64,000 nucleotides of DNA from Octopus vulgaris (lineage: Eukaryota): NCBI GenBank assembly GCA_951406725.2, contig OX597817.1, forward strand, positions 7,626,001-7,690,000, written 5' to 3'. Within the stretch, counting starts at the first letter, position 1, and each line of letters starts with the position of its first letter. Positions 39,225-54,140 of this stretch are shown piece after piece. The position numbers and the translations under genes are program-made. Under the pieces are notes generated by a model. It was not told where the DNA came from, made no database searches, and worked only from the letters and a program-made list of their open reading frames with translations.

Positions 39225-42182
39225 ATATACAGATATATATATATACAGATATATATATGTGCATGTATGTGGGTGTATGTATGTATGTATGCATGCATAT
39301 ATATGTAAATGTATGTACATATTTATGTATGTACGCTATGTTTTTATATATATATGCATGTATTAAAGAATCAACTCGAGCATAACTGCGAGAACTTGCT
39401 TGGCTGTCTGTAACAGATGTAACAGCCTGTATGTTTCTGTGAAAATCTGTGTGTGCTCGCGCCTGCATGCGTGAGCGCGTGTGTGTGTGTGTATATGTAT
39501 TCGTGTGTGTGTGTGTGTGTAATCTTATATTTGTATGTATGTTTGAATATAAGCAAACACAGAGTTCAGTTATTTGCTCAACGCAACAAAAGGCTAATCA
39601 TAATGTACACTGAAACGCATGCGCACAACTACACCCAAACGCTTGTGTAGCGTACACACACAAGTAAAAAGCAGACGTTACACTCTTTAGGAAGAATTAG
39701 ATGAAAGAAAGAATAAACGAGGAGGAGAGAGCTAACAAAGGGGGAAAATCTGAGAGAGAGAGAGAGAGAGGGGGAGGAAGAAATTATTAGAATAGAATAG
39801 AATAATAGCAACTATCTTTATTGAAGAAATTGTTGGAACCGTCTCGTCCTAAAATCCTTTAATAAGTAATTATTAGTTTCATGGTTCATTAACTTTTTAG
39901 TCTCCGGTAATAATAACTATAAACTAGTCGCCATCTTACATTAGTGATTTTGTTTTGTTTTACGTTGTGTTCTGTAGTTTCTCCTTTGTTTCTTTCTTTT
40001 CCTGGATAACTGGAAGGGAAAGAATAAAATGAGGATACTGACGGCAAATTTCGGTAACATTTGTTGAGACCATTTAATAAAAAACAGCTGTAACTAAATT
40101 GTATTGCGCTTCCGTCAGCCATTCGACCGTGATATTTAACTGTCATGTAGACAGAAAATGTGCTGTTCTTGTTGTTCGACATGTCGTTACGAAATGCTTT
40201 TGTTGTTATTGTTAGCGTTGCTGTTGATGATGTAAACCGTTTTATATTTTAGCTGTAAAATATTTTTTTGTGTATGGAGTATTGAGTTGTGACGTGGAAT
40301 TACCAACGCCATCGCACGGTCAATATTAAATAAGTAACATAGCATTAATCTTCTTAAAGAGGGTCAGTACCACAAGACCTCTGCCTTATACAGAAACTCC
40401 ACATTATCTACCATCCCATCCCAATCTTAAATTTTAAAAAATAAACAATAAATTAGTATCGACTCGCTGACATATACTGAAATTCTTTAGAAATTCAAAG
40501 AATACACTGACAGAAGATTAAATCTCAATCTGCGCCATTGCTTAGTTGTGTTATTGCTTTCAAACCTGTTGACATGTACATCAACAAACCGTATGAAACT
40601 GTGGTTCAAATAATGTTTTTCTAGAGCAAATCTGGGAAAAATTGAAAGATTGTCTAGATTTAATGGGGTTTTTTTTTTATCATTTACAATATATCTTCAA
40701 GATATAGGATCAGGCTGTTTTCAGATGGATGGTTTTAAAACTGAACTCTGTTATAGTGATTTTGTTGCTCGACCAAAGAATCAAATCATGTCTTAATCTT
40801 TTAGTGAATTGTCCTGCTTCTGTAGAAGACTTTCCAAAAGAAATTTCTTAGAGTAGGGTGACCATATTATTGGTATACCGATCTATGTGTTGTTTCTGCA
40901 TAGTTCAACATTTTTGCTAGGTGCTATATGAAGTAATGTACTATAACAGTCGTTGTAATAATAGGCATAAAATAACGGCGTAAAATTAGTAACAGATACG
41001 GTTCGTAAAATCATAAATTTAAACTAGGTAAAAAAATAAATAAATAATAGTTTTTCTTTCGGTTCTTCAGTTTGAATTAAATATTTGAAAACTACTGGAA
41101 ATATTTATAGTTATATTGGAGTTGGGAAGAAGGTAAGTATATAGAAAAGAAGAAAGGAGGACGATGAAGGCTAGAGTGAATTTTAGACTTAAAAGAGACA
41201 TGTGTTGCAAGCAAGCTGCTCGAACTGTGATAGCAAACTAATTGAAAACATTTGAAGAAAAACAAGTGCTTTAAACGTGATAAAAACATACAGACTGAGT
41301 TATTAATTATGGAAAATAGTTTTATGGCGCACTGCCTACGTAAAAGATGGTCCAATAGACTAAATAATTTAAAGAAAATTATTTTAAAATATATTATATT
41401 ATTTAAATCATAAAATGAATAACGGTATACAAAAGAAGAGAAAAAATAGATAAGATAAAAAAAGATAGATACATTAAAATATTTTTTCAAACAACATATT
41501 TTAATTCACTTTAAATTATTCAATTATTTCTCTTCCATTACTTTCATCTTTTATAATTTTCATAATTCCTTAACCCTTTGATTATTTCAAAGATTTTTCA
41601 TAAGTATGACCTAAACGCCATACTTGTTTTCAGACTTTTCTTCAGACCTTGTCTCATATATTGAGTAATATGAAATTTTCATTTCATAAGTCTCCAAGCT
41701 CTTCTGGCGGTAAGCAAAATATTGTGAATATGTATCATCTATGATACACAGAGGTCAGGGAAATATTTCCATGTAATACACAGGACGGGCAAAGGGTTGA
41801 TAACTTAGTCCCATGGTTACCTTTAGAATTATTATCCAAGGGGATCGTTTGTATTGACCTGAGTGTCAGCAACCTTTTCTTTGTGTTTGGTTAGCAGCAA
41901 CTTTATATCATGATAAACCATTATTGAAGCCTTTCTGTTGTTCTTGCAGATGCTAGAATTGACCTCCATATATTTCTTAACTAACATCTTACTGTTTTAA
42001 AACCAAGGGTGAGACAACATTACGTAAATTAGTTGTAGGTGTACTATATGTGAAAATACTATGGGATAATCACATTCGAGCACATATGATCATAAGCTTA
42101 CTTTATCAGAAATAGCCTAGGGTTACACAGAAATAATTACTGTATATTTGATGGGAAATGCGCATATGTCTACGTGTACCAA

Positions 42183-42372
<190 letters not shown>

Positions 42373-43012
42373 ATGATACACACACAGATGCAGACAGACA
42401 ACATACATACGTTTTGTAGCTACGATATAACCCCCTGCAACTGTTCAGAGTTAAGCGAGTTTTGTGAGCAGCATCACAATAAATATCTACACTGATTTAT
42501 AATATAATGTTTATAGTGTAATATTCTGAATTGTGTAATTTCTTCCCAGTACATAAAGTCTGTTTGTTATTTGGTGATAAATAAAGTCGTTTCTCACTGG
42601 ACAGTTCATGATTGCTGATACATGAGAGACAACTCTGTCGCAATCTTTACAATCGTCTCCTTGGTTTACATTAAAATTTCCTGCTTAATATAAATAGCAT
42701 AGAAAATTTATGAGTTCATACTAACAGCCAATAGTTTAAAATTAGTGAGTAGAAAGATTCGCTGGCGGCACTAGCATGATAACGCTGTATTCCATAAGGA
42801 AAGCAACTGAACTTTTATATCAGTTGTTGACACCAACTGATCAACAGTCGCCAAGTTGCCGATCCTATCATATTTTATGAAATGGTCAATATAAAAGAAC
42901 ATTACTTATGACAAACCACAATCTTATTCAGCAGCTTTGATTTCTTTGCTATCCAATATTCAAGCGTGCAAAACATGTGAGCCAAACGGATGACGCAACT
43001 ATGCGTGTGTGC

Positions 43013-43043
<31 letters not shown>

Positions 43044-43410
43044 TGTATGTATGTATGTATGTATGTATGTATGTATGTATGCATGTTAGGGCATCCTTCT
43101 AGGAGAAGGTAACTCAGGTAACTGGGATAACTCCGACATAAAACCTGCGGCTCAGTGGTTACCGATGATGTTGACTTGTTCTTCTTTTTGGATTATGGCT
43201 GCTGTTGCTTAGTGAGTGGGATTGACTCAGTGCACAGCCTTTCCTCACTTAAAAAAAATCTTCTTGCACAGGCATTGCACGATAACAACATTGATTAAGC
43301 TTCGTGCAATGGCCATACCCGATAACGAGGGGGCAGCCACCATGTATGTATGTATGTATGTATGTATGTATGTATGTATGTATGTATGTATGTATGTATG
43401 TATGTATGTG

Positions 43411-46400
43411 TGTTATAGTCCTTAACGCCCACTCTGGTATAGCTGTATAGTTAGTAAAACATGACCACGACTATCTATGACCGTCTACTACGTATCTCCT
43501 CTTATACTGACCGATGTCACCTTATTTATAGCGACTATCACATACCACTCGTCAGGTGGGAGAGGTGTACCATTATTACTATTATCCCCACAATATCTCC
43601 CCTTTAAAGGTTTTCTTTATTTCTTAGGAGAATCATTTTACTTCTTTTAATAGCAATACTTTTTATATCACCCCCACCTACCTTTTTGATTTTTTTGATT
43701 TTTCTTAGTTACACATTTAATGTATTTTTTTCCGTTTGGCATCTACTTTCAGACTCTCTGTGCATTTTCTTTTCTTACGCTTGTGCGCCTAGTTTCAATC
43801 ACCTGTAGTGGCGTTGGTAATTTGAAAAGTATCATATTACTATTCTATTGGGTCTTCCATTCTCTTGGATTCGCTCTCAACGAATATTTTTTCAGATGGT
43901 TCATGTGTCTCTTGTAAACACCTTTTCTACTTTTTACCATGTACAGCGTTTTTTCCATGCCTTTGGTAATCACGCTAACTTCCCAACACTCTTTTCCGTT
44001 CTTATTTAGATTTATTTTTTATTTAGACCCCCTTCGGTCATGAATGACCATGGGATTGCACCTAGAAAGTTACCCTCCTAGACACAAGTCCGGGCAAGAT
44101 TGTTTATGGAATACCAGCAGTCGCCCGTGCATACCAGCCTCCCCTCTCCACGCCACCAGTGTTATCCAAGGGAAAGACAAAGGTCGATACAGCTTGGCAC
44201 CAGTGACGTCGCAACTCATTTCTACAGCTGAGTGAACTGGAGCAACGTGAAATAAAGTGCTTTGCTCAAGAACACAACACGCAGCCCGGTCCGGGATTCG
44301 AGCTCACAACCTCACGATCGTAAGCTCGACGCTCTAACCACTGAGCCATGCGCCTTCACTTCCGTTCTTATATACCCTCACAAACACCTCCTTTTCGCCA
44401 GTTTTGAAAAATTTTGATGTACTTTCCCTTGGAAGTTTTCTTCTCTTGCTTGCTAGCAATTTGTCGAAGAATGATTTCATTTTAATCGCAAACATCAGCT
44501 CTGCTGGTGACAAATTTGCTGGTGTACCTGGATTTAGTGCCACACAGAATACTCTTAAGAATTGTTGGAGAGCTACCTCATCCGTAACTTTCTTGTTCGA
44601 CTTTCTTTGGGTTCTCTTGAACGTATCGACAAGGCGTTCTGCTTGTCCATTAGATCTGGATTGATATAGCGCCGTGGTTACATGTTCTACCGCGAACGTT
44701 TTACAGAAATTTTTAGATTCAAAACACAAATTGCGTTCCATTGTCAGACATTATTGCGTTTAGGATACCAACTCTCACAAACAGCTCTTGCAAAATATTT
44801 GTCACAGTTGAGGAGGTTGATATTTTACACTTAGAAATATCTGGCCATTTAGAGAAACTATCAACTACCACTAAGTCGTATAAACCGTTTAAAAGACCGG
44901 CGAAATTGATGTGTAGTCTCGACTACGGAACATCTACTTTGGGCCAAGGCTCACTTTTTATCGTCGTTAATTTTTCTTCTAGAGCACATCCTCAAAAGCG
45001 TTTCACTAAACTTTCGATTTCTCTATCATTTCTGGTCAGTACACGTAGCTACGCATTAAAGCTTTCGTCCTCGAAATACCAGAATGTCCAACATGAAATT
45101 CCCCCAACATTTTCTTTTGTAGTGTTTCAGGTAACACTACTCTCTGCGCATACATCAATACGCCATCACAGATTGAGTATAGGTTCACGTCTTGGTTTCG
45201 TTTCGCACCAATCCTGTTCCTATTTACTTTTCCTAACCACAGTGTTCTTTTCCTTTTTGTTATGAATTTGTCATTTACTGCATTTCGCTTTATGTCTTCT
45301 AGGGTTACCGGTAATTCGCGTACCACATTCCACATTGCATTTTTTATTCCTCCTTCTGCTCTTAAAGCTACGATTACCGTATGTGTTTTGGCATCAATTT
45401 AGACAAACCATCCACATGCCCTAGTTTTTTTTTACGGTAATTATTCCAGTTTGTAATCATAAGTCAATAATGTAATGCCCCATTGCTGTAGTCTGTTTGC
45501 TGTGTGTGTGTTGGTATTCCTTTATTAGAACCATATATTGACAGTAGTGGGCGATGATCTGTTTGTAGAGAGAAACTTTTTCCATGAATAAAACTATGGA
45601 ATTTTTTCACGCCGAATATGATTGATAACGCTTCGTTTTCTACTGACTATAGTTCCTTTCCCCTGGTAATAACGATTGTGATTCATATAGCCTTTTTACT
45701 CCCATCGTCATATCTGTACAGAAGCACGGCTCCTAATATCCAACTTTGGATCAAAATGCGTTAACGATAAGTCCAATGTTGAATTACTTTTCAACTCGTC
45801 AAACGCCTTCTGGCACTTATCGGTCCATTTTGTATTCTAACAGACCATTGAGCGGGACCCTTACATTGTATGTATATTAGGAATGTAAATTTGATAATAA
45901 TTTATTAAACCCCAATATGTTTGTAGCATAGTCACATTATTCGACGTGGGCATATTTTTATCCCAGTTGCTCTGGATGGATCTGGTTTTCAACAGCTTTT
46001 TATGTGGCCCAAGTAGTTAATTTTTCATAAAGAACCCGCATGTTTCTTCCGTTAACCTGAAACCGTATTCTCTTATCTTCTCGAACACCCTTTTAACGAG
46101 TTCTACATGTTATTCATATGATTCGCCTTTTATTAGAATATAAGAAAATCACAGTCACCCAGCTTTGTATCCTTTATTTGCTGAAATATGGAAGGAGCCA
46201 CTTTTACACTGAAGGGAAGCCGCTTAAATTTAAATAACCCACGGTATGCATTGATAGTTAATAAATGTGAGCATCCTTCTTCTACTTGGATTTGTAGATA
46301 TGCCTCCGAGAGTTCTAATTTTGAGAAGAATTTCCTTCCATTCAATTTTGCAAACACTTCCTCAGGACTCAGCAACGGGTAGTTATGTGAGATTAAGTAA

Positions 46401-47410
46401 ACATTCAAACCTGTTGAAAAATCTGCACAAACTCTAAACTTGTTATTTTTCTTTTAATGTAAGCCATAGGTGCTGCCCAGTCTGAGTGGTCCGTCTTGTC
46501 AATTATTCCTAGGCTTTCAAGTCTTTCAAGTCTTTCAAGTTCCTTGTTTACCTGGTCTATTGCCGCGAAAGGTACATTCTGTTTTGCCTTAAATACAGGT
46601 GTTACACTTTGTTTTACTGCAACTTTTGCCTTTGTTTTCGTACAACAGTCCAGTTCCTCCGAGAAAATTTCTGGCAGTAAATGATTTTTTTTTTGTTTGT
46701 TTTAGTCAACCTCATTCGAACCTTCGACTGAACTGACTATATTCCCACACAAAGCACTTATGGGTGTATTCCACTATTTGAATAGTACCATCCTCTCTCT
46801 CTATGCCGAATAGATTAACTGAATTTTTCTGCATATATATTTTTGACGTTTTCATCTTCTCACGAACTGTTACGTTACACACAAGTTCACCGACAAAATA
46901 CAATCTTTTATCCGTAACATCATGTGTTACTCTAGTAGATTTATTTAATTTCGGCTTACTGATATACTTCCAATTTTTTTCTTTCGACGACTTACTGCTT
47001 ATTCTTTTTTCTTTGATCCAACGTTTTGTCATCTTGGTTTTACAGTGCGTTTTAATGTGTCTAATTTTTCTACAACGGAAGCATTCCGCTTTCTTAAATG
47101 GACAGGTTTTCCTCAGGTGTAAACCTCCACATGAAAAACATGGATTTTTTTCCTGATTCTTGTCCTGTTTGTACAGTATCTTAGTACACTCTAGATTTCT
47201 ATTCCGCCTATTTCGCGTGTGTTTCACTTGGGAGCAATCTTTATGTTCAATTTTTTTTCTGTATCGTTTCTTAAATTTACTATTCTTTTACACTCTTCTG
47301 ACAGCTAGATTTTGTTCCAGCTTAGCGAGAATTCCTGTTATAACTTCTGCGTCTTCCTCTGCAGTTAGTCCCTGAGCAAATGTCAGGCGCTTGAACATAT
47401 CTTTACAGTT
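43411..47410 (-). mobile_element. Decayed Ty3/Gypsy LTR retrotransposon
   Basis: gag knuckles CFSCGGLHLRKTC / CFRCRKIRHIKTHC; RT FSKLELSEAYLQI..GLFKFKRLPFSVKVAPSIFQ; integrase HVGHSGISRTKALMRSYVY and SNGQAERLVDTFK; PPT aaaggggaga followed by a putative 3' LTR at 43411-43595. Many stops and frameshifts; no 5' LTR seen. Confidence 0.9.
44006..44359 (-). mobile_element. CORE-like SINE inserted in the Gypsy element
   Basis: TSD ttccgttcttat at 43994-44005 and 44360-44371. Confidence 0.88.
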
Positions 47411-47557
47411 ACAGTTCAGTGTCGAAATACTCGATGAACGTTAGATACCATCTGATGACATCTGTTCCTCGTGGCCAAAGTTCCATCCACTTTGGTGAAT
47501 GGAATATGTACCTCCTTATAGCTGCTAGTAGCACACACAAACACACACGCACGCACG

Positions 47558-47588
<31 letters not shown>

Positions 47589-47589
47589 T

Positions 47590-47935
47590 GTGGGACTCCG
47601 TCGGTTACGACGACAAGGGTTCCAGCTGATCCGATCAACGGAACAGCCTGCTCCTGAAATTGACAGGTAAGTACCTGAGCATTCCACAGACACGTGTACC
47701 CTTAACGTAGATCCGGGTAGATTCGGCGTGACTCAGAGTGTGACAAGGCTAGCCCTTTGAAATGCAGGTACAACTGAAACAGAAAGAAAGAGTGAGAGAA
47801 AGCTGTGGTGAAAGAGAACAGCAGGGTTCGCCACCACCTTCAATAAACACACACAACACCCGGTTTGGGAATCGAAACCGCGATCCTACAACCGTGAGTC
47901 CGCTGCTCTGGCCACTAGAACACTGTGCCTCCACT
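47590..47935 (-). mobile_element. tRNA-derived SINE (third tail type)
   Basis: Head gtggaggcacagtgttctagtggccagagcagcggact...gtttcgattccc; tail related to 52840-52990. Confidence 0.7.
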
Positions 47936-48129
47936 CTGTGCGTGTGTGTGTGTATATATCTTCTCACCAGCCTTAACACTAGTGTGTCACTTTTATAGGT
48001 TCTAGTTTAAAATTCTAGCTAATCCGCCAGCATGAAATTACTGCTAATAAAAATATAATGTAAATTCCATTAATGAATTCATTATCTACGTTTTGTGTTG
48101 AGCTTTTCTTTCTGTTCGTTATTAACTTG

Positions 48130-48132
<3 letters not shown>

Positions 48133-48212
<80 letters not shown>
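48133..48212 (+). repeat. (CT)n microsatellite
   Basis: Direct reading. Confidence 0.95.
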
Positions 48213-48217
<5 letters not shown>

Positions 48218-48827
48218 TGTGTGTGTGCGTATGCGTGTATGCGCGCGTGCATGTGTATCAAGAAATATAAAACTATTAAATATACAAAGAGAAAAATGGA
48301 AATTTGATAGAACACAGAGAATGGGGATTAAACTAAATGCGTCTGATTCTTCCCGAAATTCCCTACGTGTTTTATTATTGTATTTTCTCTATAAATACTT
48401 ACAATGTGTTGATGATAAGAGACGAAACTTATCGATCATATATTGATGAAGTTTGACGAAACCTATCGATCATGACAATTAAACGAATTTCATCATAGAA
48501 TTACAAAAAGGTGTAGAAGAGAACTTCAAACGAACTAAACGTGCAGAAGTTTTCCAATTAAATCTTGACTGCTGATTTGTCAGTAATTTCATTTTAGTAA
48601 TTCATATGTCTGTCTGGGCAAATGCCAGCGAGGAATAAGTAGTGCTCTAGGCAAGCAGAGTCTGCTACCCAATTTCGATACCAGGTAATATATGTGTGTA
48701 TGTGTATGTGTGTGTATTATATCATACTATAGTATAGTGCATATTATGTATATATACACATATAGTATAGTGTGCGGAGAAATGGCTATAAATTTACGCC
48801 GTTTATAATTATACCATATATCACATA

Positions 48828-49160
<333 letters not shown>

Positions 49161-49739
49161 CCTGCATTTTATCACGTGATACTTTCAGATAAATTTACCA
49201 CTTTTATTTTCTTGGGAAGCAATACTTTCCTAAGTAAGGAAATGAATCCCCTTATTTCAAAGCAGGTGTTGTACATTATCATGTGGGGAATGCCCCAAGC
49301 ATACTGAAACCTCCGAAATGCTTGTTTTGTCTATTAACACAAATTCACTTCGCTTAATATTGTCGAAATCTTTGAAAGAAATTTTGTGCACAATCAAGTC
49401 AAAGAATTCAAAATTGCAATTAAGTGCAAGTGCTCATACACACACCTAATTTGCAAGCTACATGAAATGCAATGCCTGCAAGGACATTAACGAGTCGTTT
49501 GTGCAGCTCTCTCGCCTACTTAAAAGTGTACGTAGTGGTTTGCTCTTCAAATTTCAGCTTGTTGATTGAATAATTTTCCTCAGAAAAACTGTTGGCGACA
49601 CAATTTGCTACCAACGCAATAGCGTACCGTTCGTATATGCTCTCCGAACGATTATACGCATGCTCAGTCTACTTGTGGTTTGTTGTTCAAATTTCAGCTC
49701 GCTAATCCAATGAGTTCCCTGTCAATTATACACATGCAT

Positions 49740-50142
49740 AGGTGCTGGAATGGCTGTGTGGTAAGTAGCTTGTTTACCAACCACATGGTTCCGGGTTCAG
49801 TCCCACTCCGTGGCACATTGGGCAAGTGTCATCTACTATAGCCTCGGGCCGACTAAAGCCTTGTGAGTGGAAACTGAAAGAAGCCTGTCATGTATATGTA
49901 TATATATATGCGTGTGTGTGTTTGTGTGTCAGTGTTTGTCTCCCTAGCATTGCTTGACAACCGATGCTGGTGTGTTTATGCCCCCGTTACTTAGCTGTTC
50001 GGCAAAAGAGACCGATAGAATAAGTACTGGGCTTACAAAAGAACAAGTTCCGGGGTCTTGTTGCTCGATTAAAGGCGGTGCTCCAGCATGGCCGCATTCA
50101 AATGACTGAAACAAGTAAAAGAGTAAAAGAGAGTAAAAGAGT
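49740..50142 (+). mobile_element. Microsatellite-carrying tRNA-SINE, full length
   Basis: Homologous to 55057-55500; (gtaaaaga)n end; short TSD atgcata. Confidence 0.85.
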
Positions 50143-50989
50143 ATGCATAATTTGCTCGCGGTTCGTTGATCAAATTTCAGTTCGTTTATGAGAGAAGAGA
50201 AGAGAAGAGAAAGGAGACAGCGAGGTTTGACGCCCTGGGGAAGAAGAATTGTGCGAGGGAGCTAGTGTGAAGCCTGGTTAAGAACGACGCAGTAAAGATG
50301 ACGTAAGTTTGGCGTGTTGCGTATACCTAGGGGGAGCTGGTGTGCTACTAATTCTTTCCGAGTAGAGGCGGTAAACAAGCGATAAAAAAGAGAAAGATTG
50401 GTGACAGCGAAAACCGAGTGACTAAAGAATCAAAAATCAGTGAATGACCTTCTTATGGCTGCGACCTCGGATCAGTGAATAAATAGTAGCAACACTACCC
50501 CTGGTGTGAAACTTGTATTCTAATGTGGGTCTTGTTTAAGTTTTGGAGAGACGGATAAACTGTCTTAGCCTTCCATATTTCAGAACATTCTTTAGTAAAC
50601 AGTTATTATTATTCGTTTTTACTGTTTAATCGAATCTGTTTTTTTCAGATCCTTTGCGATTTATCCTCGGCTTCCGGACCCAACCCAAATACTTGTAACA
50701 AAGGAAAGTCTGTTAAAGCACGTAAAGCTCAGAGGGTGTCTAATTAAGGAACCGTAATATATGTGGCAACATAGAGGACTTTAAATGCGTTTTGGCCAAA
50801 ACTCCGGAGGATGGATAGTAGGATTATTTCCTTGATATGCAGTGATAGTGTTTTTGTATTGTAAGAAACAAAGTTTTCTAAGTTGGATGAAGATGACATC
50901 TCTCTAAAGATGTTGGGAAAGGAAAAAAGTAAGATGTTGGGAAAGTAGATTAGATAAATGGATGGATGGTTGGATTGACGGAGGGATGG

Positions 50990-51255
<266 letters not shown>

Positions 51256-52099
51256 TGGAGTGTGTATTGCTGAAGAAGGCAATGAATTGTTTGTTACTTT
51301 TTTGGGGGAAACGTAACATCATCTCAGGCTGAAATTGTACGATTTGACCAGCGGGTTCCATTGAAGCGCATAGGCGCGAAATTTAGCTCGGAGATTCCCA
51401 TGTCAGGTCATGCTCAGAAACATGTTCAATCATGGCTGACCTGTGACTACCATAAGCAACAACTATATGTCCGCTCGATTTACTAAATTGGTTTTACATC
51501 TAATCAAAGCACATCAAAATAGAATACGTTTATACCATGCAGCGTGGTTCGAAAGTTTCCGTTCGTGAATATCTGATCGAAGTAATTTTGGTTTCGATTA
51601 TTACAACTTACACTTACGATTCTCCTACTTGAAGTGAAAAACTTCCATTTTCCCCCTCACTCGATGTCAAAACGTTTAATCAACAATTGATGGATACTTC
51701 TCATTACGAATGAAAAGACAATCAATTGACGCTAACACGCTTTCATCTGATAAATGAAAAAATCATTAATTGATTAATTGATCTTTCATTTTCAAATTCC
51801 CGGTCAGTTAATAGATATTAATTAGATTACATTATTAATAAGATTCGCTCAATAAATACATATTCATATATTCTTACATATGTACATGCATATGTGCGTG
51901 TGTGTGTGTGTGTGTGTGTGAGTACGTATGTGCATTCAAAATAACATATACATGTATGTAAAAGTACACATATATATGCGTGTATATATGCGCGTATATA
52001 TATATATATATATACAACTAAACGTTTTATTTCATATTAGAATTCATTTTATCAGAGTTTGAGTTAACAAGCTGTGTGCGCGTGTACATGAGTATCTAT

Positions 52100-52189
52100 G
52101 TGTGCATATATATATATGTATATATATACACATATATATATATATATATATGTATGAATGTATATATATGTATATATATATATATATAA

Positions 52190-52234
<45 letters not shown>

Positions 52235-52332
52235 TACATATATATATATATATATACTCATATGTACATACATATATATATAGAAATATATATATGCATA
52301 TACATACACACATATATATAGACATATATATA

Positions 52333-52428
<96 letters not shown>

Positions 52429-52432
52429 TGTA
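52100..52432 (+). repeat. Imperfect (TA)n microsatellite
   Basis: Direct reading. Confidence 0.9.
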
Positions 52433-52737
52433 TATTTAAGCTCACATGCCTGCTACACATTTATGAAAGTGTCCATAAATATAGAGATTAAGAGAGATGA
52501 ATTGGTGAGAAAGTCTAGTGGGAATCGAACATATAATTGCATTACTTTTACGCGGCCGGTCTTTCACTGTATTATATTTGTCTATTAATAACTTCATAAT
52601 CCTACGCGCATGCCAAGAAATTAGTCTGGTTGCGTTAATTGGAAAGTAATTATGCATAGGCATATACACAAACACGCACACAGACCAAATATGTGAGTGT
52701 GTGTAGATATATCGATTGATTGATAGATAGATATTTA

Positions 52738-52790
<53 letters not shown>

Positions 52791-53001
52791 AACCACTTCA
52801 TTACACGTTACGCCAGTCCATGAGTAGTAAGTGCATTTCAAAGGGGGAGCCTTGTGACATTCGGTGCGTTACGCAGGATCTCCCAGAGAACTGTTAGGCG
52901 TGTCTGTGGAGTGCTCAGCCACTTACAGTTAATTTCATGAACAGGGTTTCCGTCGCCCTTATCAACTGAAACACTCGCCGTCGTACCCAAGCAAATGTCA
53001 C

Positions 53002-53062
<61 letters not shown>

Positions 53063-53161
53063 CAGAAGTACAGATTGAATCAGTCCGAGAGCTTCGTGCG
53101 TTGGCACTTATCAACATACCTATATATATATGTATACATTAATATATATATATACATATAT

Positions 53162-53371
53162 ACTCTTTTACTCTTTTACTTGTTTCAGTCATTTGACTCC
53201 GGCCATGCTGGACCACCGCCTTTAGTCGAGAAAATCGACCCTGGGACTTATTCTTTGTAAGCCCAGTACTTATTCTATCGGTCTCTTTTGCCGAACCGCT
53301 AAGTGACGGGGACGTAAACACACCAGCATCGGTTGTCAAGCAATGCTAGGGGGACAAACATAGACATACAA

Positions 53372-53456
<85 letters not shown>

Positions 53457-53470
53457 TTACGACAGGCTTC
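53162..53470 (-). mobile_element. Microsatellite-carrying SINE, 3' part
   Basis: Reverse complement of the 55210-55500 region. Confidence 0.8.
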
Positions 53471-53498
53471 TCTCATATATATATATATGTATACATTA

Positions 53499-53543
<45 letters not shown>

Positions 53544-53799
53544 TATGCATATATATATATATAGCGAGAGAGGATGAGTGAGGGTAAAAAATGGCTGGAA
53601 TGCAGAAACGGTTAGAGAGGTAAAAGAAGAAAGACCAAAACACTAGGAAAAGGAATACAGACTCAAATGAACGCAATTCGAATAACGAACAACATGCAGT
53701 GAACACAGCTCATTTTTCTTTTGACTGAAGTCACTATTCTTTATCTACCCTCTGACGAAACCATTTCATCTTTTACTTAGATATAAATATATAAACATA

Positions 53800-54140
53800 T
53801 GCATACTGCCAAAGATCCCAGCAATGCCATCACGCTTCAGGACCAGCTTCTGCAACAGCCTGGGTTTCAAGGGCCCACAGCTTTTTAATATTCTCCCAAA
53901 GAGTCTGAAGAACTTGCACAAAGTAGATGTAGCGGTTTTTAAATCAAAGCTGGACATCTTCCTGTCAAGAGTCTCAGATGAACCTACCTCACGGCAAGAG
54001 GTGCAAATGAGAGTAGCTGTATCAAACTCCATTCTTCACCAAGTGCCACATATTAGACGAGGTTCGTCGCAATAACAGTGTAGCACAAAACGGCGGTGCA
54101 TCAGCATGGCCGCAGCTCTGAGCTGAAACTAGAAAAAAAA
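53800..54140 (+). mobile_element. CR1/L2-group LINE, 3' end
   Basis: Peptide KGPQLFNILPKSLKNL...VFKSKLDIFLSRVSDEP...SNSILHQ; short 3' UTR with hairpin cagctc/gagctg and an A-tail. Confidence 0.75.

Noticed and set aside
48408-48478. Tandem tTGATGA...GAAA...TC units resembling dimeric hammerheads
   Set aside because: No convincing stem I or II; treated as a small tandem duplication.
50200-50700. Solo LTR
   Set aside because: It ends in gtaaca, but I found no matching 5' end, TSD or second copy.
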